A DNA stretch of 32,000 nucleotides from Mycoplasma mobile 163K. GTDB lineage: Bacteria > Bacillota_I > Bacilli_A > Mycoplasmatales > Metamycoplasmataceae. The translations under genes were made by a program, and so were the position numbers. Under the pieces are notes generated by a model. It did no database searches, was not told the DNA's origin, and worked only from the letters and a program-made list of their open reading frames with translations. The DNA lies in NCBI RefSeq assembly GCF_000008365.1, contig NC_006908.1:30001-62000 (forward strand), read 5' to 3'. This document shows, piece by piece, positions 19,646 to 30,042 of the stretch (position 1 is the first letter of the stretch; each line of letters begins with the position of its first letter).

Positions 19646-20512
19646 ATGGAACAATATTTATCTTTACTTAAAGAAATTTTAGAAAAAGGACAAAAAAAAG
19701 AAGATCGTACTAATACAGGCACAATTTCTTATTTTGGAACTCAAAGAAGATATGATCTATCTAAAGGATTTCCTTTAGTAACAACTAAAAAAGTTCATCT
19801 TAAATCAATTATTTTTGAACTATTATGATTTATTAAAGGCGATACAAATATTAAGTATCTAGTTGATAATGGAGTAAATATTTGAAATGAATGGCCTTAT
19901 GAAACTTTTAAAAAATCAAAAGATTTTAATGGTGAATCTTTAGCTGATTTTGTTTTAAAAATCAAAAGTGATACTCTTTTTGCTAAAAAATATGGTGAAT
20001 TAGGTCCTGTTTATGGAAAACAGTGAAGAAATTTTAATGGCACAGACCAACTTTTTGATGCAATTGAGACAATTAAAAAAAATCCTGATTCAAGGAGAAT
20101 TATTGTTTCGGCTTGAGCTGCAAATGAAATTTCCAAAATGGCTCTTCCTCCTTGCCATGCTTTTTTTCAATTTTATGTAAATAATAATAAATTATCATTA
20201 CAGTTATATCAAAGATCAGGAGATACATTTTTAGGTGTCCCTTTTAATATTGCTTCTTATTCAATTCTTCTTGCAATGGTTGCTCAAATAACAAATTATG
20301 AAGTAGGTGAATTTATTCACACAATAGGTGATACTCACATTTATCTAAATCATTTAGAACAAGTAGAAGAGCAATTATCAAGAAAACCTTTAAAATTACC
20401 AAAATTAGTTTTGAACAAAAAAATTAAAAATATTGATGATTTTAAATATGAAGATATTGAAATTATTGATTATGAATCTCATCCTGCAATTAAAGCAAAG
20501 GTGGCTGTATAA
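19646..20512 (+). CDS. thyA: Thymidylate synthase, 288 aa
   Basis: Track ORFs 19646..19828 and 20138..20512 share a frame. Joined with TGA=Trp they give [40 protein letters not shown], the active site [14 protein letters not shown], and [22 protein letters not shown] is GGAG. Confidence 0.97.
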
Positions 20513-20985
20513 TGATTAAATTAATTGTTGCAATTGATCCTAATAATTTAATTGGTAGTGGCACTCAAATGCCTTGACATATTAAAGAAGAATTTAAACA
20601 TTTTAAAGAAACTACTTTAAATCATGCTTTATTATTTGGACAAAACACTTTTACTAATTTGCCTTCTAAATTAGCAAATAGAATCTCTTATGTTTTTGGC
20701 TTTACAAAAACACCAAGTGCTGATTTTTCAATTACTTCCGAACAAGAACTTCAAAATCTTTTTGATAAATTTAGAAATTCTGAAGAGATTTTATTTATTT
20801 CGGGTGGAAAATATATTTATGAAACTTATTTTCATGAAGCTGAAGAGCTAATTGTAAGCGAGCTAAAAAATATTCAAAATGGCGATGTTTATTTAAATTG
20901 AGATTTATCCAATTACAAAAAAACTCTTTTAAAAGAATTTGAAGAATTTAATGTTTATTCTTATAAAAAGAAATTTAATGTATAA
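20512..20985 (+). CDS. folA: Dihydrofolate reductase, 157 aa
   Basis: ATG overlaps the thyA stop (TAATG). [35 protein letters not shown] is the DHFR N-terminal signature. It is in frame with track ORF 20659..20901. Stop is TAA at 20983..20985. Confidence 0.9.
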
Positions 20986-21072
20986 AAATTTAAATTTTTC
21001 AAAAATTACTTTTTATTTTTAACATATTGAATAAATTTAATAGATTTGAATTTTTTTTATCCCCTTTTTAGT

Positions 21073-21078
21073 TATAAT
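21073..21078 (+). promoter_or_regulatory. Candidate -10 box (TATAAT) for the ABC transporter operon
   Basis: The box sits in agtTATAATtatt, 37 nt upstream of the ATG at 21115, with RBS AGAAGGTG in between. Confidence 0.35.
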
Positions 21079-21114
21079 TATTCAATAAAACAAAAACAAG
21101 AAGGTGAATTTTAG

Positions 21115-22590
21115 ATGAACAAAAATACAAAAAAAATTCTAATCGGATCAGCAATCGCTGCAACAGTTGCAGCTTCAGTAGGAATTATTTTTGGAGCAAC
21201 TCCAAGAAATACAGGGCTTCGTGTTACAGATAATCAAGTCTTTAGAGATTTAGTTGCTTCAAGAGAAGCCGAATTTGCAACTCAAAGAGTAGCAAATAAT
21301 TCGCTATTTAATAGTAAAACTTTATTAATAACAGCAGGTGGGGTTGTAAATGATTTAAGTTTTAATCAATCAATTAATGAAGCTTTATTAGAAATTGGAA
21401 GACAAACTGGAAAACCTGGTAATTTTTCATTTGCAGAAACAACAGCAGGAACTCCTGATCAATTGCAAAGGCAATATGATCAGGCTTTATTTTTTAATCA
21501 TAAGTTTTGAGTTCTTACAGGATTTCAACAAGATGGTGCATTTCAAAATTGACTTCAAATTGGAAATAATAGAGCAGAATTCATTAGAAAACAAGTAATT
21601 ATTGTTGCAATTGATTGAACAACTAATTTGGAGCTTGTTCCTCCTGGACAATTCATTTCAATCAATTATCGTACTCAAGAATCTTCTTGAATAGTTGGTA
21701 ATGCTGTTGCAAAATTCATTTCAGATAATCATAATAATAATAGAACGTTTAATACTTTTGGAGGGGGAGCTTTTCCTGAAGTAACAAATTTTAATGCAGG
21801 TTTTTTACAAGGTATTTTAGATTTTAATAACTCAACTTTTTTAGAACCAGGTGAAACATCAATTACTGATAATAAAAAATTATCTTTTACTCCAGGAGAT
21901 ATAATAAACATAAATACAGGTTTTGCTGTAACTCCTGAAGCAGCAACTGCAATTCAATCAATTGTTGGAAGTGGAACACAAGTTGTTTTCCCTGTAGCAG
22001 GTTCTTTAACTACATTAACAGTAAATAGTATTAGTCAAGAAAATTCAGGACAATTTGTAATTGGTGTTGATAGTGATCAAGCAAAAGCTTTTTCTCCTGA
22101 TTTAGCAAAATTATTTTTTAGTTCTGTTGAAAAAAATGTTGCAGGAACAACATATGCAGCATTAGCTTCATTATACTTAGGAACAGTTAGCACAGATCCA
22201 TTTTTCAATATAACAGGAAGTAGTTCAAGATTTATTCCTGTTACAGAAAAAAATAATTCAAGTTCATTACCTTTAGCTAATGCAGACATTACTAAAGGAT
22301 TTGTTGAATCAACAGAACCAGTTGATTTTGTAGGGTTTTCAAAATCTGCTTTAGGTGGTAAAATTACGCAAAGTCTTGTTCAAGCAAATGTTGGGAGATC
22401 ATTTGCAGAAGTTGCAGATGAATATTTAGCAGCTTCTTTAGCTTTATTTAATAAAAACAAAGCTAAAATAATAGCTACAATTCCTGTTCAAATCCCAAAC
22501 TTTTCTGGAGGCCCTTCAACTCCAGAACAGATCCCGAATCCTTTAAATGAATTAATTAAAAAAATAAACTTTAGAAGGGTTGCAAATTAA
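21115..22590 (+). CDS. BMP-family (PnrA/Med-like) ABC transporter substrate-binding protein, membrane-anchored, 491 aa
   Basis: Track ORF 21115..21510 extends through several in-frame TGA codons to TAA at 22588..22590. Motifs are LLITAGGVVNDLSFNQSINEAL, VFPVAG and VIGVDSDQ. The N-terminus has a hydrophobic anchor. The gene precedes a matching ATPase and permease pair. Confidence 0.8.
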
Positions 22591-22591
22591 A

Positions 22592-24124
22592 ATGTCTTAT
22601 GCAATTGAATTTGTTAATATAACAAAAGAATTTGGCAATGTTGTTGCTAATAAAGATATTAATATCGAAATAAAAAAAGGTACAGTTCATGCTTTAGTAG
22701 GTGAAAATGGAGCTGGAAAATCCACATTAATGTCTATCTTATTTGGACTTTATGAGCCAACAAATGGATACATAAAAATCAACGAAAAACAAATTACTAT
22801 AACAAATCCTAATCAAGCAAATGATTTGGGAATTGGAATGGTACACCAACATTTTAAACTAGTTGATGATTATTCGAATTTAGAAAATATTGTTTTAGGA
22901 AATGAAACAATCAAAAATGGATTTTTGGATTTAGAAATTTCTAAATACAAAATTTCTGCATTACAAAAAAAATTCAGTTTAAATTTTGATCTTAAAGTCA
23001 AAACAGGAAATTCTACTGTTTCAACCCAACAAAAAGTTGAAATTCTTAAAATGCTTTATCGAGATGCAGACATTTTAATTTTTGATGAACCCACTGCTAT
23101 TTTGACTCCACAAGAAATTGAAGGACTTTTGCAAACAATATTAGAATTTAAAAAAGAAGGAAAGACAATCATTTTTATTTCTCACAAATTAAATGAAATT
23201 AAGAAAATTGCTGATGAAATCACAGTTATAAGACATGGTAAAGTTGTTAAAAAATTCAAATCTTTAGAAGGAGTTCAAACTTCAGACATTGCTAATGCAA
23301 TGGTTGGTCAAAATATTGTGCTTCCAAAAAATGACAAAAACACAAACTTTGGTAAAACAATTTTAGAACTGCAAAATGTAAATGCTGAGTATCAAAATAA
23401 GTCAATTGAAAACATCTCTTTCAAACTAAAAAAGGGAGAAATATTAGCTTTAGCTGGTGTTGAAGGAAATGGTCAAGAAATAATAGAATTTGTCATTTCA
23501 GGTTTAGCAAAATCTTCTTCTGGGAAAATTATTTTAAATGAAAAAGATATAACTCACTTTAATGTTAACAAAAGAATTAAGGAAAAAATATCTTATATTC
23601 CAGGAGATAGACATAAATATGGACTTGTCTTAGACATGAGTGTAAATGACAATTCAATTTTAAGAAAATTAGGTGATTCAAAATCACAAAAATACTCAAT
23701 TATTAATGAAAAATTTAAAGATAGTTTTACAAAAGAAATTATTAAAAAATTCGATGTTAGAGGTGCAAGAGAAGGAAATGAAATTTCAAGATCTCTTTCA
23801 GGGGGAAATCAACAAAAAGTTATTGTTGGAAGAGAATTTTTAACTGAACATGATTTTATTCTTATTGTCCAACCAACAAGAGGTTTGGATGTTGGGGCTA
23901 TTGATAAAATTCACAAAGCAATTTTGGCAGAAAAAGATGCTGGAAAAGCAATTTTATTAATATCTTATGAATTAGATGAAGTTTTTGCTTTAGCAGATAA
24001 CATCTCTGTTATGCATGAAGGAAAAATTATTGGAACTACTTCAGCAAAAAATGCAACAAGAGAAGAAATTGGATTGTTAATGACTGGTATAAATAAAAAC
24101 CAAAATAAAGAAAGGAGTTCATAA
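22592..24124 (+). CDS. ABC transporter ATP-binding protein with two fused ATPase domains, 510 aa
   Basis: Walker A is GENGAGKST. Signature-like LSGGNQQKV lies in the second half, and ILIFDEPT plus LIVQPTRGLDVGA are Walker B-type regions. ATG at 22592 is preferred over the track's TTG at 22580, which overlaps the upstream stop. Confidence 0.93.
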   Translation: MSYAIEFVNITKEFGNVVANKDINIEIKKGTVHALVGENGAGKSTLMSILFGLYEPTNGYIKINEKQITITNPNQANDLGIGMVHQHFKLVDDYSNLENIVLGNETIKNGFLDLEISKYKISALQKKFSLNFDLKVKTGNSTVSTQQKVEILKMLYRDADILIFDEPTAILTPQEIEGLLQTILEFKKEGKTIIFISHKLNEIKKIADEITVIRHGKVVKKFKSLEGVQTSDIANAMVGQNIVLPKNDKNTNFGKTILELQNVNAEYQNKSIENISFKLKKGEILALAGVEGNGQEIIEFVISGLAKSSSGKIILNEKDITHFNVNKRIKEKISYIPGDRHKYGLVLDMSVNDNSILRKLGDSKSQKYSIINEKFKDSFTKEIIKKFDVRGAREGNEISRSLSGGNQQKVIVGREFLTEHDFILIVQPTRGLDVGAIDKIHKAILAEKDAGKAILLISYELDEVFALADNISVMHEGKIIGTTSAKNATREEIGLLMTGINKNQNKERSS

Positions 24125-25719
24125 TGGAAAAACAAAAACTAATTAAGTCAATCAATATAAAAAATTGAATGAACAATTTTAAAAAAACTTTTTCAGGCGA
24201 AACTTCTATTTCTGGAAGAAGAAAACTTTATAATTCTCTTTGAGGAATTTTTTTAGGATTAATTCTAGCTTTAGTTATCATTTCTTTTAACGGAACAAAT
24301 CCTTTTGAATTTATATCTGTTGTTTTTTTAACAACTTTTGGAAGTAGCGGATCATTATTTGCAACAATTTTATTAGTTTATGTATTTGCATCCCTTGCTG
24401 TAGGAATAGGCTTTAAAGCAGGACTATTTAACATTGGGGTCTCAGGTCAAATGATGTTTGGTGGACTTTTAGCATTTTTCTATTTAATTATAGTTGCTAA
24501 TAGTGATGCAAATGGTAATTTATTTGTTGATGGTGGGCAAATCTTTTTAGCAATTATAATTTCTATATTAGGTGGGATTTCAATTTCTTTAATCGCAGGA
24601 GCTCTAAAAGCTTTTTTAAAAGTTAATGAAGTTGTTTCAACTTTATTATTGAATTGAGTAGTATTTTATTTTGCTTCATGAGCAACTTCAGGATCAAGTT
24701 TTAAATCTATTTCAGCTACTAATTCCTTAAAAACAGTTCAAGTGGATTCATTTTTTTATGAAGCAGGGTGAATTGTTTTAGCAATTATTATGATTTTAAT
24801 TATTTCAATTGGATTTTATTTTATTTTGAAAAAAACAACTTTTGGATACAAAATTAAAGCAGTTGGATTCAATCCTGATGCTTCAGAATATGCAGGAATT
24901 AGTAAAAAAACTCTTACAATGGTAATTTTTGCAATTTCAGGAGCTTTAGCAGGTTTTGCAGGATTCTTCTTTTATTTTATTTTTCAAAGAGGGAATTATG
25001 TAACAGAAAGTGTTGGGCCTTTATTAGTAGGTTTTGACTCAATTGCTATTTCCTTGCTAGCGTATAATTCTCCAATTGGAATTATCGCTTCAGCATTCTT
25101 TTATTCAATTTTAACAAATGGGAATGCTGCTTTATTACAAGAAGTTGGTTTAAGACCTGAAGCAAATCAAATTGCAGTTGGTGTGATCATTTACTTTACA
25201 GCAATAGCAATAGCATTCAATAAATTTCAATTAATAAATTACATTAAAAATTGACTGATTTTGAATAAGAATTCAAAATATCAAAAAGTTTTAAAAGATT
25301 TTAAAACTCAAAAAAGCCTTTATAAGCAAGAGCATCTAAAAAAAATTGAACAAATTAAAAGTCTAAAATCTAAAAACAAACTTAAATGAGATCAAATCAA
25401 AAATGATAATAAAAATAAAGCAGATGTTCTTTTAAAAAAATTGAGTGAATTAAAATCTAAAACAGATTCAAATTCTATTGATCAAAAAGTAAAAATTTTT
25501 AATGAGTTAAATTTCAATAAAAAAGAAATGAATATTATTTTAGAATCATATGGATTTTTTGAACAAAAAGATAAAGATAATTTATATTATTCTCAAATCT
25601 CTGAATTAAAAAACAATCTAAAAAAAGAAAAACATGAAATTTTATATAGTTACTATAAAGAAAAAAAGCTTAAAAAAGAAGAATATAAAAAACTAAAATC
25701 AGAACAGGGAGTTAAATAA
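24124..25719 (+). CDS. ABC transporter permease with a Lys-rich C-terminal extension, 531 aa
   Basis: ATG overlaps the ATPase stop (TAATG). Track ORFs 24451..24657, 24790..25254 and 25441..25719 share its frame and are joined by TGA codons. The core is polytopic and hydrophobic. The last ~150 aa are hydrophilic. Confidence 0.85.
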
Positions 25720-26636
25720 TGCAATTTACAATCGAATTATTCAATGCTTTTATACTTTATTTCAGTGTTCTTTCACTAGCTTCTTTAAGTGGGCTTATTT
25801 CAGAAAGAGTAGGAATCACAAACATTGCTATTAATGGGATGATGATTGTTGGTTCAACTTTTTATGCAATTTTTGCTTTAATTTTCCGTAGTGAAAATAT
25901 GTGATTGCAAATCCCTTTAATTCTTATTGCTACAATTTTTGGTTTAGCTTTTGGAGCACTTCATGGATTTGCAACAATTAGATTAAAATCAAATCAAGTT
26001 ATTTCAGGTGTTGCTATTAATATTTTAGCTTCAGCTGTTGCACTTATTTTATTACAAATTGTAGGAACAGCAAATAGATTTGAGTTTAGAACAAATGAAC
26101 TTGCAGCTTCTTCAAGTCCTTCTGATCCTTTAAATATTATTAGCTTTAAATTATTTCTTTCGTTAGCTTTAATAATTGTGATGTGAGTTGTTTTAAATAA
26201 AACAAAATGAGGATTAAGACTTCGTTCAATAGGTGAAAACCCACAAGCAGCAGATGTTGCTGGAATTAATGTTAATTCCTACAAATGACAAGGAGTTTTA
26301 CTTTCAGGAGCATTTGCAGGAGCTGCTGGAGGTCTATTTGTCCAATCGCTTGGAGTAGCTTTTTCAGGAGATGTTCAAGGATTAGGTTTTTTAGCTTTAG
26401 CTATTATGATTATGGGGCAATGAAAAACTCAGTGAATCATGCTAGCAACTATTGCCTTTTCATTCTTTTATGCTCTTGGGTTCCAACTTGCAACTTTACA
26501 AGGGAATATTCAAGATTTTTCAAGACTATTCTTAATTTTACCTTTTGCTTTAACTCTAATTGCTTTAGCGGCTTTATGAAAATCATCAAAAGCTCCAAAA
26601 GCTGTTGGAATACCATATGATAAATCTCAACGTTAA
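25719..26636 (+). CDS. ABC transporter permease, 305 aa
   Basis: ATG overlaps the upstream stop. Track ORFs 25719..25904 and 25905..26186 are in frame and continue through TGA codons (WGLRLRSIGENPQAADVAGINV...) to TAA at 26634..26636. Confidence 0.85.
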
Positions 26637-26656
26637 TAATTAAAATATTTTGATTT

Positions 26657-26685
26657 AAAAATTCTGTTAATTCAGAATTTTTTTA
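26657..26685 (+). terminator. Rho-independent terminator after the ABC operon
   Basis: AAAAATTCTG-ttaatt-CAGAATTTTT forms a 10-bp stem and runs into a T-tract, 20 nt after the permease stop. Confidence 0.7.
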
Positions 26686-26721
26686 TTAATTTTATTAATT
26701 TTATTATTTTATAATTTAGCT

Positions 26722-27393
26722 ATGCAAAATCAAAAGGAATCATTAAAATTTTTATTATTAAAAGAATTTAATATTAGATGCAAGGAAAACAAGATATTTT
26801 ACTCTTTGTTTTCTAAAACTCTAGAAAATTCCTTAAATTCTCCAAATTATTTAAATGAAAAAGAAGAATTAGAAGTTTTAATGACCTTAGAATCATATTT
26901 GCTATTAAAGGAAAAATTTCCACTTAATTGCTTAGATAATACAAACCATTCTAAGTTTTTTTTACTTAATCCTAGATTTGTCTTAAATAAAAACACTTTC
27001 AAATATGGAGATGATTATATAAAAATAATCATTATTTTACCAACATTAAAATCAAGAGCTTTTTTAGCAACAGATCTTCTAAAGTATATAAGACTAAAAA
27101 TAGGATCTCTTAGAACTAATAGAAATTTTGGTAAAAAACTTAAATTTTGGGAGAATTTAATTCTTTTTTTACTTCCTAAAAAATTTTTTAAATTTACTAC
27201 CTATGATATTTGTGATAAATTATCACTAAATAAAGATGAAGAAACAGAAGGCTTTTTTAAAATCAATGAATCACACTTTTCTTTTAAAAACTCTTGACAA
27301 GTGAATTTTAATTCTGTGACAAAAGAAGTTATTTTTTTGAATTCTTCCTTTACAATTCTAAAAATTTTTGATTCTAAAAATTTTAAGTATTAA
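26722..27393 (+). CDS. Hypothetical protein, 223 aa
   Basis: Track ORF 26722..27297 continues through one TGA to TAA at 27391..27393. I recognise no motif. TATAAT at 26710..26715 lies only 6 nt before the ATG and there is no RBS, suggesting a leaderless mRNA. Confidence 0.55.
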
Positions 27394-27515
27394 TTGATAA
27401 GTAAATTTAACTAAACTTATTCATTTATTTTGAGTAGGTAAATAAAAAAATAACTATTAATTACATTTTATTGGAAAAATTTGTTCATAATAGCACATTT
27501 TTTAAAGATAAGTTA

Positions 27516-27521
27516 TATAAT
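27516..27521 (+). promoter_or_regulatory. Candidate -10 box (TATAAT) for ldh
   Basis: The box sits in gttaTATAATattgg, 34 nt upstream of the ATG at 27555, with AAGGAG in between. Confidence 0.35.
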
Positions 27522-27554
27522 ATTGGTATTAGAAATTATAAGGAGATATTATAT

Positions 27555-28511
27555 ATGGATAAAAAAATTAAAAGAGTTGCCATGGTAGGTGCTGGATTAG
27601 TAGGAGTATCAGTTTTATACTCATGCATGAATAGAGGTCTAGCAGAACAATATGGAATTATTGATATTAACGATAAATTATCAGTAGGACATTCACTGGA
27701 TTTTGAAGATGCTTCAGCAGCAAACAATCACAATTTTAGTGTTGGTAAAATTGAATATTCAGATTTAAAAGATTACGATGTAGTTGTAATTACAGCAGGA
27801 AGACCTCAAAAACCAGGAGAAACAAGATTAGAAATGGTTGCAGATAATGCAAAAATTATGTCTAATATTGCTAAAAACATTAAAAAATCAGGTTTTAAAG
27901 GAGTAAGTATTGTTGTAGCAAATCCAGTAGATGTTATGACTTTTATTTATCAACATGAAACAGGTTTTGATAAAAATCGTGTAATTAGTAGTGGAACATC
28001 TTTAGATAGTGCAAGATTAAGATTTGAAATTTCTAAGAAATTAAAAGTTCATCCAAAGTCTGTTCAGGCATTTGTTTTAGGTGAACATGGTGATAGTAGT
28101 GTTTCTGTTTATTCAGCAGCAACAGTTTCAGGAAAATCTTTTAATGAAATTGTTAAAGAAAGAGGAATTTCTAAAAAAGAACTTGAAGATATGCATACAA
28201 CTGTTTATAAAAAAGCATATGAAATTATTAATAGAAAAGGTTCAACATATTTTGGAATCGGTTCAACAGTTGCAGAATTAGTAGAAGCCATCTTAACAGA
28301 TTCACATGCTATTTTTGGTGTTGGAGTATATTTAACAGGACAATACGGAGTTAAAGATCTTTACATTGGAGTTCCAACAGTTCTTGGTTCAAAAGGAGTA
28401 GTTGAAGTTATTAATTTTAACCTTACTAAAGAAGAACAAGAAAAATTTGTTAGTTCAGCAACTATTCTAAAAGGAAACATCCAAAAAGCTTTAGAAGCTA
28501 TTAAAGGATAA
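27555..28511 (+). CDS. ldh: L-lactate dehydrogenase, 318 aa
   Basis: Motifs are KRVAMVGAGLVGVS (NAD-binding GxGxxG), DVVVITAGRPQKPGETRLEM, IVVANPVDV, SGTSLDSARLR and VLGEHGDS. ATG at 27555 behind AAGGAG is preferred over the track's TTG at 27471. Confidence 0.96.
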   Translation: MDKKIKRVAMVGAGLVGVSVLYSCMNRGLAEQYGIIDINDKLSVGHSLDFEDASAANNHNFSVGKIEYSDLKDYDVVVITAGRPQKPGETRLEMVADNAKIMSNIAKNIKKSGFKGVSIVVANPVDVMTFIYQHETGFDKNRVISSGTSLDSARLRFEISKKLKVHPKSVQAFVLGEHGDSSVSVYSAATVSGKSFNEIVKERGISKKELEDMHTTVYKKAYEIINRKGSTYFGIGSTVAELVEAILTDSHAIFGVGVYLTGQYGVKDLYIGVPTVLGSKGVVEVINFNLTKEEQEKFVSSATILKGNIQKALEAIKG

Positions 28512-28513
28512 AC

Positions 28514-29923
28514 ATGAGCACATTTCAAATTTTTAGAAAGTCTGCCAAAGTTGATGAAAAAACTAAAATTCAAAATAAACCAAGTGGCCTTTCATTTAAG
28601 CAAGGTATTCTTATGTGAGGTATCTTGCTTGCAGGTTACATCTTATTTGTTGTGAATTGATTATTGTTAGGAAATTTAGGTGGAACAATAGGGAATCCAG
28701 GATGAGTATCTCATTTTTTTGGAACAACTGCTCCAAACACTGTTGTAACAGAAGCTATCAATTTTACAATTACATTCATGAGAGGAGTAGGATCATTAAT
28801 AGTAGGATGATTAATTGTTAAATTAACTCATAAATGAGCTGTTGTCATTTCCCTTGTATTTGTTTTGTTAGCAGTTCCTGCTGCTTTAATGCCTGCTGGA
28901 ATTGGTGGATACATAGGTTTTATAATTTTTAGAATGTTACTTGCAATTGGTGGTACAACCTTAATTATTTATGTTCAACCTGTTTTAGCAAAAAGTATGA
29001 CTCAAAAACAAAAAGGAATATTTTCTATAATTTCTCCTTTTGGATTTAATGTTGGAACAATTATTGCAACAATTCCATTCTTATTTATTGCAAATCAATT
29101 ACGTATTGATTGACAAATTGTAGCTGGATCTGCTGCTGCAACAGCGATAATCCCATTAATCTTATATATTTTATTTGGTAAAAATTTTGACACAGCATCT
29201 CAAACCAAATTAAATTCTACAGATGAAGTATCTCTTCCTTCTTCTAGTTTAAAAATTCTAAAGGAAAAACAGACATGAGTTTGAGTTGTTGTTTATGGAG
29301 CTTGATTAGTAGTGGCAGTTATTCCTTTATTCCCTATTTTTAGAACAGCTCTAACATCTCTTTCAAATGCAAGTGGTCTAGGTTTAAGTACTAATGAGAT
29401 TTTATTCTCTCACAACATTATGCAAATTTTATATGTTGCAGGAATCTTTTTAGCACCTTTAACTATTGGTAGATGAAATTTTTCAAACGCTAGAAGAAAA
29501 CCTTTTGTTGTATTTATTGGCTCAATGATCCTTGTAGCAATGGCATGTATGCTTTTAGGATGAGCTTATGGTTCAATTGCAACATTCTATGTATTTGCAT
29601 TTTTAGCAGGATGATTTACATGATCTATTCAAGGGGTTATTTTAAATAATCCTCACGAAAGAAAAGGTAATACACCAAAAAGAATTGGAGTTTTATTCTC
29701 GTTCATTTGAGGTTTTGGATACTTCTTCTTTACAATTGCAAATATTATTTTAGCTATAATTGTACCAGTAGGAGCATCATTAGGATTTCAAATTGGAATG
29801 TTGGCAGCTTTCTTTGTAATATCTGCTTTATTCCCAATAGGTTTCTTATTTGTTAAGGAAACTAAAGTTGGTGGAAAACTTATTCCAGATGGTTTAAAGT
29901 TTTGAAGAAAAGCAAAACGTTAA
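28514..29923 (+). CDS. 12-TM transporter (MFS-like 6+6 topology), 469 aa
   Basis: ATG lies 2 nt after the ldh stop. It is in frame with track ORF 28865..29113 and has many TGA=Trp codons in hydrophobic segments. By eye there are twelve hydrophobic stretches with a central hydrophilic loop. Stop is TAA at 29921..29923. Confidence 0.8.
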
Positions 29924-30042
29924 GATAAAAAAAGGATTCTCAAAGGATTCTTTTTTTATTTAATTTTAGAAATAAATTTAAATTGATATTTGGTGATATT
30001 TTAAAAATTTTTCTATTATAAAAAATATAAAGGAGATACTTA

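Noticed and set aside
20986-21060. The A/T-only palindrome aaaaatttaaattttt after folA, as a possible terminator.
   Set aside because: The stem would be pure A-T and very weak, and it is indistinguishable from background in this composition.
21395-22289. ORFs at 21395..21598 (+), 21729..21911 (-) and 22077..22289 (-).
   Set aside because: They are out of frame or antisense within the BMP-family binding-protein gene, which is continuous under table 4.
22580-22591. TTG start (MQIK...) for the ABC ATPase.
   Set aside because: It overlaps the upstream stop and has no RBS. The ATG at 22592 gives the usual N-terminus (MSYAIEFVNITKEFG).
26285-26620. A 111-aa Cys/Arg/Ser-rich ORF.
   Set aside because: It is out of frame inside the second permease gene, whose own frame gives a coherent hydrophobic protein with conserved-looking motifs.
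27471-28573. The TTG-extended ldh start (27471) and the internal or antisense ORFs at 27536..27727, 28081..28281 and 28361..28573.
   Set aside because: The AAGGAG plus ATG at 27555 places the NAD-binding motif at the normal distance from the N-terminus. The other ORFs overlap ldh in the wrong frame or on the wrong strand.
29924-29960. A possible terminator after the first transporter (aaaaaaaggattctcaaaggattcttttttt).
   Set aside because: The two aaggattct elements are direct repeats, not inverted, so no stem can form. The T-run alone is not evidence.
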